A DNA stretch of 64,000 nucleotides from Promethearchaeota archaeon (GTDB lineage: Archaea; Asgardarchaeota; Lokiarchaeia; Sigyniarchaeales; SOKP01): the NCBI GenBank assembly GCA_029838195.1, contig JALGVJ010000006.1, positions 97,093 to 161,092 of the forward strand. The letters are read 5' to 3'. The position numbers were made by a program, and so were the translations under genes. Under the pieces are notes generated by a model. The model was not told where the DNA came from. It saw only the letters and a program-made list of their open reading frames with translations, and searched no databases. Positions 21,081 through 30,391 of this stretch are shown piece after piece. How positions within the stretch are numbered: position 1 is the stretch's first letter; each line of letters opens with the position of its first letter.

Positions 21081-22394
21081 TCAACTCCATTTCGATAGTG
21101 CTTTAGCTAATTCGTCATGAGTCTTTGCATGGTCTTCCAGGGACGTGCCTTTTAGAGTGGCTTCTAACGCTTGTACTATTGCTTTAGCACCTGCTTTCGT
21201 TCCATCCGGATGGCCATGACAACCTCCTCCAAATTGGTATACCATGTCGATTCCCAAAATATCTATTAAAGCAGGAACGTGTAAAGGACTTAATCCACCA
21301 GAGGCCACGGGAAGAACCGGCTTAATTACCCCCCAATCTTGGTCTAAACGAGTTAAATCATTCCCTATTATTATTTGCTGAGTAATGGTTTCATTAATCT
21401 CCAGCACTTCCTTTTTTCCGCCTTCCATTTTCCCGATGATTGTACCTGTATGGAGTTGGTCCATGCCGATTAGACGCATTATTTTTGCCAACACGAGCAT
21501 GGTTAAACCGTGTTTTTTATTGCGCGTGAGAGCTGCGTGGAGAGCTCTATGTGCATGAATGACAAGGTTTTTATCCTCTAAATAATCCCGCAATTCTTGT
21601 AAAGCGGAAAATCCAACGGTGAGAATATCGACCATGACATATTCTCCTCCATTATCTGCCACGAAATCAGCCCGTTTTTTCATGATGCTCATTTTTGCCG
21701 TGATATTTGGCATATAAATTTTTTTATCCCCCGTTTCATTTTCTATTTTATCCCGAATTTTTAGTGTTTCCTCGATTCGTTTTTCGAACCGATTAAAAGT
21801 CATGTTCGTGAGATTTTCATCATCTTTTACGATATCCAAGCCTCCCTCCCAGGCTTCTCCACAGACTCTGGCGTGTTCCGTTTCATTCAATCCTACTTTT
21901 GGCTTCACGATAGTGCCAAGGAGCGGTCTTCCATGAACTTTTAAGGTGTTGCGTATGCCTTCTATACCAAATTTTGGCCCCTTATAGGAATTTACGATGT
22001 CTCTTGGAAAAGAGATATCTAATAATCTCAAATTTTGTAAGGCTTTCATGCCAAAGATATTCCCTGCGACGGCACTGAGTATTTGAGGCATGTTATCCAT
22101 CTCAAAAAGTTCCTTAGTATAGGCGATTTTTATGACTTGATTTTCTTTATCGATGTAAAAAACCGATGGTTTCAATCGTTTGGCGATTTCTGGAGAAAGC
22201 GTTACAATATCCGTCCACGTGCCGATAGAACTTTCTTTTGCGATTTCCATGCTGGCGTGTTCTAGACTTTTACAAGAAGGTGCCTTTTCCACATGATACA
22301 TGGCAATTAATTCGTTCTCATCGGGCACGTGATCTAAATCTACATAATCAATAACTTGTATCACCTCTTTCTTCAAAAAGAGGGAAAATAACAA
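21081..22394 (-). CDS. rbcL: RuBisCO large subunit, archaeal form III (true start probably a few codons downstream)
   Basis: ESSIGTW, GNIFGMK, KPKVG, GLDIVKDDE, HAHRA, HTGT, GKM, SGG and GGG catalytic motifs all present. Confidence 0.93.
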   Translation of the reverse strand: MLFSLFLKKEVIQVIDYVDLDHVPDENELIAMYHVEKAPSCKSLEHASMEIAKESSIGTWTDIVTLSPEIAKRLKPSVFYIDKENQVIKIAYTKELFEMDNMPQILSAVAGNIFGMKALQNLRLLDISFPRDIVNSYKGPKFGIEGIRNTLKVHGRPLLGTIVKPKVGLNETEHARVCGEAWEGGLDIVKDDENLTNMTFNRFEKRIEETLKIRDKIENETGDKKIYMPNITAKMSIMKKRADFVADNGGEYVMVDILTVGFSALQELRDYLEDKNLVIHAHRALHAALTRNKKHGLTMLVLAKIMRLIGMDQLHTGTIIGKMEGGKKEVLEINETITQQIIIGNDLTRLDQDWGVIKPVLPVASGGLSPLHVPALIDILGIDMVYQFGGGCHGHPDGTKAGAKAIVQALEATLKGTSLEDHAKTHDELAKALSKWS

Positions 22395-22436
22395 AAATTT
22401 TATCTTATCTTTAATTCTCTAGCTCGTGATTATATC

Positions 22437-22736
22437 ATGAGCTCGGATACCAAAAAAATGATAAAAGTCGATCTTAAAGACTTGCTTTTCAAGGGAGAAC
22501 AACACGTAGAAGATCTCGTGCGATTTTTAAATGAAGCTCTGCCTCTCGTTGAAATCACCCGAAATGGGAATGTTTTAGAGTTAAATGTACATTCAACTTT
22601 ATCAAAGCGGGCAGTGAAGCTAAGATTAAAAAAATTCTTTCATAAAAACAAATTGAAAGATGATTTACGGGCCATCTCTTTTCCAGAAGGATATATCATA
22701 AAGGAAAAAAAGCGCCCGGAATTAACCTATTATTAA
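22437..22736 (+). CDS. rpl22e: Ribosomal protein eL22 (L22e) homologue
   Basis: LSKRAVKLRLKKFFHKNKLKDDLRAIS matches the eukaryotic eL22 pattern [26 protein letters not shown]. Confidence 0.8.
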   Translation: MSSDTKKMIKVDLKDLLFKGEQHVEDLVRFLNEALPLVEITRNGNVLELNVHSTLSKRAVKLRLKKFFHKNKLKDDLRAISFPEGYIIKEKKRPELTYY

Positions 22737-22791
22737 TTCGTTTCTATTATTAGGGACATAGAAATTAATAACTTAATTTCTTATTTTAAAT

Positions 22792-23760
22792 GTGGATTTT
22801 AGAAAATCATGTCTCATGATAAGCTCATTGAATGACGTGATACGATGTTCTACCCTGGCAAGCTTGCTAGAAATTGCGGGATGGCCCAAGCCGGGAAACG
22901 TGCATCGCACGAGAGATTTTAAAGACGCTCGGTATGAACATTTTTTAGCGGGAGTTGTTGCCATGCAACCTTGTTTTAGGACATTTTGCGAAAGAATTTT
23001 TAAGAATTGTTCAGAAAAAGATAAAGGATTGGAACGAGTCAAACTTGGTAATTTCTATAAGGAAGCGGCAGAAGCGATGATGATATGGCAAAAAGGAGGC
23101 AATGTATTATTAGGCCATGTTTTGATCTTGGCTCCTTTAGTAGCATCTGCTGTTTTATGTCTGAAATTTAATGAAAGGGATTTATTCTCCTTTAGAAAGT
23201 ACTTGGGGAATGTTATCAAAAGCGCTACTGTCGAAGACACTATTAATCTTTATGAAGCTATTCACATTTGTAACCCCGGTGGATTAGGTAAAGTTGAAAA
23301 ATATGATATAAATGATCCGGACGTTATTCATCAGTTAAAAGAAGATAATATCACGTTAAAGGGTATTTTTGAGTATTCGAAAGATTACGATCTCATCAGT
23401 CGTGAGTACGTGACGAATTTTAAAATCATTTTAGAAGAAGGATTACCATATTTTCTTGATATTTTTCACGAAACTGGCGATATTAATATTGCCACGGTTA
23501 ATACTTATTTGAAATTACTTGCTTCTCATCTTGATACCTTGGTAATTAGAAAATCGGGACATGAGGCTGCGAGGATGATTTCTAATGAAGCCTTGAAAAT
23601 TTTAAAACATGAAGGGATAATGACTAGAAAGGGAAGGATCTTGACAAAAAAATTAGACAAGAAACTACAAGCGCAGAATGGAAGAATGAATCCCGGAACT
23701 ACGGCAGATTTAGTCTCCGGAATAATTTTCATTGCACTAGCGCTTGGCATTAAATTTTAA
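22792..23760 (+). CDS. citG: Triphosphoribosyl-dephospho-CoA synthase family (CitG)
   Basis: LEIAGWPKPGNVHR, DTLVIRK and NPGTTADL motifs. Confidence 0.88.
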   Translation: MDFRKSCLMISSLNDVIRCSTLASLLEIAGWPKPGNVHRTRDFKDARYEHFLAGVVAMQPCFRTFCERIFKNCSEKDKGLERVKLGNFYKEAAEAMMIWQKGGNVLLGHVLILAPLVASAVLCLKFNERDLFSFRKYLGNVIKSATVEDTINLYEAIHICNPGGLGKVEKYDINDPDVIHQLKEDNITLKGIFEYSKDYDLISREYVTNFKIILEEGLPYFLDIFHETGDINIATVNTYLKLLASHLDTLVIRKSGHEAARMISNEALKILKHEGIMTRKGRILTKKLDKKLQAQNGRMNPGTTADLVSGIIFIALALGIKF

Positions 23761-23833
23761 AGGGAAAAAGAAAAAAATTTTTTTGAAACGATGCTTTATT
23801 TAATCATAAATCGATAAAAGGGGTTGAGCGAAG

Positions 23834-24184
23834 CTGGTAAAATTCTGTGAATGTGGAGGATTAATGCTTCCTACTACCATTGACGGGAAAAAAGTGTTCA
23901 AATGTAAATGCGGAGCAGTCGAGCCATTTAATGATCAAGAAAGTAATTCCTATGTCCTCACGACTAAAGTCAAGCATTCCGCACGGGAAGAAATCATGAA
24001 TGCGGCGGAAATACTTAAATGGAAAGAAGAGAATCTAAGAAGCTCGATCAAAAATTTCAGGTGCCCTAAATGCGGTTATGATAAATGCCAATTAGAAACC
24101 AGGCAAACTCGTCGTGCGGATGAAGGAATGACCCATTTCATTATTTGTTTAAAATGCGGAAAAATGATTAAAATTGGGTCATGA
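23834..24184 (+). CDS. tfs: Transcription factor S / RpoM-like protein; probable CTG start upstream of the ORF-track ATG (23864)
   Basis: C-terminal CPKCG...QTRRADEG.THF..CLKCG; in-frame upstream VKFCECGGLM completes the N-terminal Zn ribbon. Confidence 0.85.
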   Translation: MVKFCECGGLMLPTTIDGKKVFKCKCGAVEPFNDQESNSYVLTTKVKHSAREEIMNAAEILKWKEENLRSSIKNFRCPKCGYDKCQLETRQTRRADEGMTHFIICLKCGKMIKIGS

Positions 24185-24186
24185 AT

Positions 24187-24486
24187 TTACTGCTTGATTA
24201 TTTTATGAATGAGCTCATTTTCGGTAATTTTTCCTGGAAAATGAATCTTCACGATTTTATCTCGTGAGCGTATTCCGGCGATAATTTGAATATTTTTGGA
24301 GCTGATCCTTAATTTTTTTCTCAAAAGGGTTATTAATTCTTTGTTTGCTCTAAATTTCTGGGGAGAAGAAGTGAGAGTTATTTTTATTTTTTCTTCTTCA
24401 AGAGAAATGGATTTATTTTTAGAGCCTGCAATCACGTGGCATTTTAAGTGAAATTCGTGTTCGGATTTTTTTTCAATACCTTTCAT
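24187..24486 (-). CDS. DUF167 / YggU family protein
   Basis: ANKELI.LL...I.IIAG.RSRDK pattern. Confidence 0.8.
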   Translation of the reverse strand: MKGIEKKSEHEFHLKCHVIAGSKNKSISLEEEKIKITLTSSPQKFRANKELITLLRKKLRISSKNIQIIAGIRSRDKIVKIHFPGKITENELIHKIIKQ

Positions 24487-24501
24487 GTTTTTTAAAAATG
24501 G

Positions 24502-25899
24502 TTATATAAAATCATTGATTTGTTCTTTTAATCTATTATAAGAAGGAATGGAAAGTCGAATTCCTCCTGCCAGCTTATGACCGCCACCAATTCCTCCAAG
24601 TTCTTTTTTAATTCGAGCTATGATTTGATTCACGCCCACGCCGTTATTTTTTTCCAAAAATTTTCGTGAACAACGAATACTTAATTTAATCATGTGATTT
24701 TTCTTTTCTTCTCCTCCTAAAAAGAGAATTTTATGGGGATCCAAGAGTTCGTTTACGGAACAAAAACTCGTGGTGTCCGACCAATTACTTGGAGGCAACC
24801 TATCTCCCACTTCAATGAATATAGCTTTTTCAGTTTCCGTTTTAGGAAGATTTAGCACTTCTTTTAAATTATGAGTCAAATTAGAAATATATTCTTGATA
24901 GAGACTTTTAGCTTGCCGGGAGGGAGATTTTTGTCCCGTTATAGAGAGAGCATGATGGATGTTTTTAAAGCAGAGGATATTCAATAAAAGGGCATGTTCA
25001 AAAGCAAAACTCAATAATCCACTTTTTTTTGGAAGGAGGCAATAATGGCCTCGGTTCTCCAATCCAATTTCTTGCTGAATTTTCTCGATTTCCGCATTAC
25101 TTAAATTTATAACTTTTTTATTCGGATCGATATTTAAATTTCTTAGAAATTTCTTGATCTTTGCATCTTCTTCTCCTCCCAAATCTTTAATGAAGGGCAA
25201 AATGCTATATTTTAATCCATTTTTAATGGTTTCGTGCATGGCGCCAAATAAAATCAAGCCTTCTTTATCTTCGACTATTTGTTCACGTACTAATTCTTCA
25301 TATACTTCCCGGTTAAATGATTCCAGCTTGTCCATGGGTCTCAAGGAATCTCCCGCAATTCCAATGGCAGTTAGCCAACCTTGAGCGAGGATGCTGGGAT
25401 CAACTTTACGGGCGAATAGATAAACCAGAGTAGCGCCTGCGATGTGGTCTAACCCATCAAATCCAAAAAGAGTAGGATTTAAGAAATGGAGATTTTCCGG
25501 ATGGGTTTTTATTTTATCGTAGGATTCGACTTCATGATGATCTAAAATGAAATAATGTTCATATGGGGTCTCTTCTATGATTGGTAATAATTCTTCAAGG
25601 TTTGAACCGATATCCGTGAGAAATAAAGTAGTCTCCTTGGCTTTTTTGGAATCTTTTTTAGGCAGTATTCCTTTTAAATATTCTGCCCATGAGACGGATC
25701 GATTATAGATGAAATAATCAAACTCTAAATGTTTTTTAAATAATAAATTTTGGATGAGGTGTAAACTGGAGATGCCATCTGCATCATTATGACTGATTAA
25801 AATAACATTATTTCCGCATTGATCTAAAAAGTGATTTACGGTATTATCCAATTCTGTTAAAAATTTCTCAAGATCAGGTTCTGAAGCCATTAATATCAA
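24502..25899 (-). CDS. DHH phosphoesterase, RecJ/GAN/Cdc45-like
   Basis: SHNDADG, TDIG, LDHH, GIAGD and DHHA1 GGGHKLAGG. Confidence 0.88.
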   Translation of the reverse strand: MILMASEPDLEKFLTELDNTVNHFLDQCGNNVILISHNDADGISSLHLIQNLLFKKHLEFDYFIYNRSVSWAEYLKGILPKKDSKKAKETTLFLTDIGSNLEELLPIIEETPYEHYFILDHHEVESYDKIKTHPENLHFLNPTLFGFDGLDHIAGATLVYLFARKVDPSILAQGWLTAIGIAGDSLRPMDKLESFNREVYEELVREQIVEDKEGLILFGAMHETIKNGLKYSILPFIKDLGGEEDAKIKKFLRNLNIDPNKKVINLSNAEIEKIQQEIGLENRGHYCLLPKKSGLLSFAFEHALLLNILCFKNIHHALSITGQKSPSRQAKSLYQEYISNLTHNLKEVLNLPKTETEKAIFIEVGDRLPPSNWSDTTSFCSVNELLDPHKILFLGGEEKKNHMIKLSIRCSRKFLEKNNGVGVNQIIARIKKELGGIGGGHKLAGGIRLSIPSYNRLKEQINDFI

Positions 25900-26106
25900 T
25901 CTAAATGCTTTTTAATTAAAAGAGGAAGGATGATGATGATGTACAAAATTATACACAAATCCATGTTACATTTTATATAGAAATTTGAAAATTTATCTTT
26001 TCTTTTTTAGAGAGAGCATGAATTATAAAATTTAAAATCTGAGAAATAATTATTTGATCTATATTATTATTTTAAGCTTCCATGTATGAAAATGGATTAA
26101 AAAAGG

Positions 26107-27840
26107 ATGAGAAAAGAGCATTTACTTAGAAAAATCGTTTACTTTCTGATAATCACGAGCCTCCTCTTAACATGTTTTAACAACATTAGGGGAGAAGGAG
26201 ATAATAGAATATCTTCTCTAAAAATTTCCCCCCAAGAACCTGTCCTGGAGCCTCAATTATTTTCCAAGGAGGATTTCGAGCCAATTCTTGAGGAAGAACG
26301 ACAAGGGTTGGGCTCTGTATCCATTACCAATCTTTTATTTAATGAATCGGGGTTTTTCAACCATTCCGAACAATATCCTGCTTATGATCTAGATCTGAGG
26401 ACTAAAGCGCTCAATATCAGTTATGAGAAAACGGAACTCATTAGAACCGTGAAAGAAGCAACCGTGGATGCTTTTGAAGAAGTATCACCGTCGTCTAATA
26501 TCATCACGGTGGAATTAAACGAAAGCCTAAGGGTGAAGTATGATACTTCCATCGATCTATTAGAAGGCTATTTAGTATACGGTCCACGATTATATCCCTG
26601 TCTATTAAATCGCTTGTACGCTCATAATGCCTCTTCTTCAATAAAAGAAGTTTATGAGGGAAATTATACCATCGATGATAGGAAAAACGTGATTTTTTAT
26701 TATTCCACCTTCTTTAACGGAGCTGAACAAGGAGATTTCAAGTTATATCTTATATGGCATTATAATATCACCTTAGAAGATTGGACGATAAATCAAGTAA
26801 AAGAAGAGGACCTTTTCATGAGCAGTTCCGAACAAAACATCACGGCTACCTTCAATTATAATTTTAACGTGTTAGGAAAGAAATTAAAAGGAGAAAAATT
26901 AACAGGAGCCTATCCATTCACCAGTTTACAAGTGGCCGCTGATAATTTAAACGTCACGTTAAGGATCAACATGCCAGATAGAGAATTGCTGGAAAATCAT
27001 GCATTTACCGGCCAAGGATATGTAGGATCCAATAACATCATATATGCCTCTTTTTCCGTTAATAATAGCTTATTCGACATGGATTTCGATGCCACCTTTA
27101 CCATAGAATTTTTAGACCCGGTCAACGTCACATGGGCAATTGATAGATTGATAGAAGGAACGAATTATCGGGAAAGAATCTATTTTCCAAACATCACCTG
27201 GGGGCCCGAACAATTATTCTTAAAATACGTGAAAATTGAAGAAAGAACGATCAGCATCGATCAAATAAAGGAAGTAACCTCTCAATTTGGACGTGTGGTG
27301 GAATATGTCGAAAAAAATTTCACGGAATTTCAACAAGTTGAAGAAAATAGCTTGATTTTTACCGAAAAAGTCATTCAGAGAAGGGGATTAGAAATTACCC
27401 TCCCTTATTTTATTAAAGGAGAAACATGCCCATTTCGAATCAAGTACGAGCCCTCTGAAGATTTGCGCGTGATCATCACGGATAATATTCGCATGCCCCT
27501 TCGAAATGTGGAAGTTAAAATCCTCTATTATGGCAGGGTTTTCGGCACGTATATTTCTAACACCTTCATTCAACCAACGTCAATTACTAAAACCGATGAG
27601 AACGGAGAAATTTTCATCCAAAATGTTCCTAACGGAGATTATACTGTAATTCTATACGAGCAAGGGACGCCCGTTTACAACTCAACAGTAATGGCTTACA
27701 AGAGGGTAAACTACGTTATAACTGATATATCTCATTTTCCTTTAGTCATTCTTTCCTTTTTAATTCCTAGTGCGATTTTTCTAATCTTGGGCGTGTTAAT
27801 ATATCTTCATTATAAAAAAGAGCGTGAAACTCGTACTTGA
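26107..27840 (+). CDS. Secreted, C-terminally membrane-anchored surface protein with carboxypeptidase-regulatory-like domain
   Basis: N-terminal hydrophobic segment, many N-x-S/T sequons, TDENGEIFIQNVPNGDY, C-terminal TM and basic tail. Confidence 0.75.
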   Translation: MRKEHLLRKIVYFLIITSLLLTCFNNIRGEGDNRISSLKISPQEPVLEPQLFSKEDFEPILEEERQGLGSVSITNLLFNESGFFNHSEQYPAYDLDLRTKALNISYEKTELIRTVKEATVDAFEEVSPSSNIITVELNESLRVKYDTSIDLLEGYLVYGPRLYPCLLNRLYAHNASSSIKEVYEGNYTIDDRKNVIFYYSTFFNGAEQGDFKLYLIWHYNITLEDWTINQVKEEDLFMSSSEQNITATFNYNFNVLGKKLKGEKLTGAYPFTSLQVAADNLNVTLRINMPDRELLENHAFTGQGYVGSNNIIYASFSVNNSLFDMDFDATFTIEFLDPVNVTWAIDRLIEGTNYRERIYFPNITWGPEQLFLKYVKIEERTISIDQIKEVTSQFGRVVEYVEKNFTEFQQVEENSLIFTEKVIQRRGLEITLPYFIKGETCPFRIKYEPSEDLRVIITDNIRMPLRNVEVKILYYGRVFGTYISNTFIQPTSITKTDENGEIFIQNVPNGDYTVILYEQGTPVYNSTVMAYKRVNYVITDISHFPLVILSFLIPSAIFLILGVLIYLHYKKERETRT

Positions 27841-28154
27841 TTGTCATATTCGTCGATATGTTGGAAGATTTTTTAAGATTCTTAGAACAACGCATTATGG
27901 ATGAGGTTTTTTATGAATACAAAGAGCGCACGAGCTCGGATTTATCAATAAATAATAAAATCGAGATCGTGCTTCACTTCCTCTCGAAATTAGAAAATTT
28001 TCTCGTCCTTTACGAAACAAAATTAACCTTGGAAAATTTCACGCCTTCAGATATAGACCAGCAAATTATCAGGAAATTAAAAGAAGTTTTCAAGAAACAC
28101 GAGATTAAATTAATCAAAGGAAAAATACGGGAAATCTTTCTCTCTTACTCGTGA
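27837..28154 (+). CDS. Hypothetical protein
   Basis: 105-aa ORF translationally coupled to the upstream gene. Confidence 0.65.
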   Translation: MIVIFVDMLEDFLRFLEQRIMDEVFYEYKERTSSDLSINNKIEIVLHFLSKLENFLVLYETKLTLENFTPSDIDQQIIRKLKEVFKKHEIKLIKGKIREIFLSYS

Positions 28155-28255
28155 ATTTTTTGGTAGCCATCGGAAGATCCTTAGGAGCTTTTGAAGATAT
28201 CGAGTTCCTTAATATTATTATCATGCTAAGGTTCATTCACGCTAGTTTAGAACAA

Positions 28256-29794
28256 TCAGCTGGCTTCATCTACTTCCATACCATAACCAATCAATCGATA
28301 CCGCTGGTTTATCACGCGGGAAATGGCGTAAATAAATCCCTTAGGAGGACAAATCGGGGGATTTAATTTTATCTCGTAGGAATCTTTTAAGATCCTGCTT
28401 ACTACGCCTCCCGTCTTTTCTGTCCCGACCACTATCAATAACCTTTCATTATGCTTTAGGGGGTGCACTTTTAACTGCAATTCGCTTCCAATTACCTTAT
28501 CAAATAAAGTAATCTTTAGCTTCACCTTATCCTTAATTTCCGGTAAAGCACCTATTTTCCCCGCAATGTTTCCACTTAACGAATCACCCTTCGTCAGAGA
28601 GGGATCCAGCTTTGTACCAATCCCTATTAGCCCTCCTGGCTTGGCTTTCTCTAATAGATTCCTCCCTTGACTTATACTGGTAACAATGGTTCGAATGGGT
28701 TGATATCCATCTTTTAATCGTAATCCCGGTCGAATTTCTATTTCCTCTCCTACCGAAATCGTGCCTTTTAACACGGAACCCCCTATTACCCCTCCTCTTA
28801 AATCTTCTATGGACGTTCCCGGCTTATTAATGTCAAAAGACCGGGCCACCAAGAATTGAAAATCCTCATTTTCATCCAATTTCGGTGTAGGTATGATTTC
28901 CTCGAATGCCTTCACTACTAATTCCATGTTGGCTCCAAACACCGCCGATACCGGAATGATCGGAGCGTTCTCGGCTATAGTTCCTTTGACGAATTTTTTT
29001 ATTTGATCCCGATTGCGTAAAGCCTGTTCTCTCGACACCGCATCAATTTTATTCTGAATGATGATGATCTTGTCAATCTTCGCAATTTCTAACGCTGCCA
29101 AATGCTCTCTCGTCTGCGGCTGCGGACAGTCCTCATCCGCCGCGATTAATAAACACGCACCGTCCATTAAGGATGCTCCACTTAACATGGTAGCCATTAA
29201 AATTTCATGACCGGGCGCATCCACGAATGAGATGTTCCTTTTAAATTCTAACTTGCCCTTGCAATTTGGACACGTGAACCGTGGTTGGCCTTTTTCTCTT
29301 TTTTGTTCCGCCATATAGTCGGTTAAATATAAATCGCAAGCAGGACAATATAAAATGGTCGTGTTTGAATATCCTAATTTGATGGAAATTCCACGTTCCT
29401 GCTCTTCTGAATGTCTATCCGTCCAATCTCCGGTAAGAGCTTTTACCAGAGTAGTTTTTCCGTGGTCTACATGTCCTACTAATCCAATATTACATTCAGC
29501 TTGAGATTTCATCAATTCTTTTATATTGGTCTTTCTCTTCTCTTTCTTTTCTTTTTTTTTTGTTTTTACTTTTTCTTTTGGTTTTACCATTTCCCCTTGT
29601 TCATTTTCTATTTGTTTAAGGTAATTTTTTGCGTTTTCAATGTATTTTTGAGCGGTAGATTCGCGGATTCCCTTGATTTTAAGGAGGGTTTCTATTGAGG
29701 CGGAGGCGAGGTCTTCGATGGTATTGATTCCCGCTTTTTTTAGGATTTGGGCGGTTTTTTTTCCAATTCCACTGATTTCTTCTAGAGAGGCCAT
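28256..29794 (-). CDS. eif2g: Translation initiation factor aIF2 gamma subunit with N-terminal helix-hairpin-helix extension
   Basis: NIGLVGHVDHGKTT, RGISIKLGY, Zn knuckles, DAPGHE, QNKID, RSFDINKPG, RYRLIGYG; N-terminal LEEISGIGKKTA..L.KAGI HhH. Confidence 0.95.
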   Translation of the reverse strand: MASLEEISGIGKKTAQILKKAGINTIEDLASASIETLLKIKGIRESTAQKYIENAKNYLKQIENEQGEMVKPKEKVKTKKKEKKEKRKTNIKELMKSQAECNIGLVGHVDHGKTTLVKALTGDWTDRHSEEQERGISIKLGYSNTTILYCPACDLYLTDYMAEQKREKGQPRFTCPNCKGKLEFKRNISFVDAPGHEILMATMLSGASLMDGACLLIAADEDCPQPQTREHLAALEIAKIDKIIIIQNKIDAVSREQALRNRDQIKKFVKGTIAENAPIIPVSAVFGANMELVVKAFEEIIPTPKLDENEDFQFLVARSFDINKPGTSIEDLRGGVIGGSVLKGTISVGEEIEIRPGLRLKDGYQPIRTIVTSISQGRNLLEKAKPGGLIGIGTKLDPSLTKGDSLSGNIAGKIGALPEIKDKVKLKITLFDKVIGSELQLKVHPLKHNERLLIVVGTEKTGGVVSRILKDSYEIKLNPPICPPKGFIYAISRVINQRYRLIGYGMEVDEAS

Positions 29795-29927
29795 GGTTAA
29801 AATTTAAATATAGTAATATTCTTTTAATAGTGAAACTTTTCTCACGCTTTCTATTGTAATGTAATGTGATATTTTTTATTAATTTATTTAAAAACTTAAA
29901 GCTATTTTGTTGAGGGTCGTAAGTTCT

Positions 29928-30167
29928 TTAGCTAATTGTATGGATGGTTTTGATTTTTTGTCCTTGTTTCACCTCTTTTTTATAGGATTCTTTATAACTC
30001 ACCTGTAAGAGACTATCGAAGTAAAAAGTGGAGGTTTGATTGCATGCATCATCGGCATGATGGATGTAGACGGGGGCGGGATAACGACTCGTATCAAGAT
30101 CTTTTGATTCGATTTTAAAAATTATTTTTTTATTACACGCAGGGCAAGTATTAAATCGTATGGGCAC
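29928..30167 (-). CDS. Small hypothetical protein with CxxC
   Basis: CPAC...YPAPVYIHH...C; GTG start. Confidence 0.6.
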   Translation of the reverse strand: MPIRFNTCPACNKKIIFKIESKDLDTSRYPAPVYIHHADDACNQTSTFYFDSLLQVSYKESYKKEVKQGQKIKTIHTIS

Positions 30168-30391
30168 TTCTTGTTCTCTTGTTTAGTTTTAAATGTATTT
30201 TATAAAGAAATAATTGTTTGATTAATTATTAATTTTTTGAGCATTTAGAAAGATTCATGGATTTTTCATGGCATGATTATAAAAAATTGACTGGAGAGGA
30301 TTCCCTCTTTTAATTTCAAAAAAAATGATATTAAATTAGTGTGTAATTATTTTACATTATATTGGAGAAAATATTTCATCCATGATTTAAT

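Noticed and set aside
28151-28366. 71-aa plus-strand ORF
   Set aside because: Antisense overlap with the 3' end of aIF2-gamma; treated as a shadow ORF, like the other short antisense ORFs in the track.
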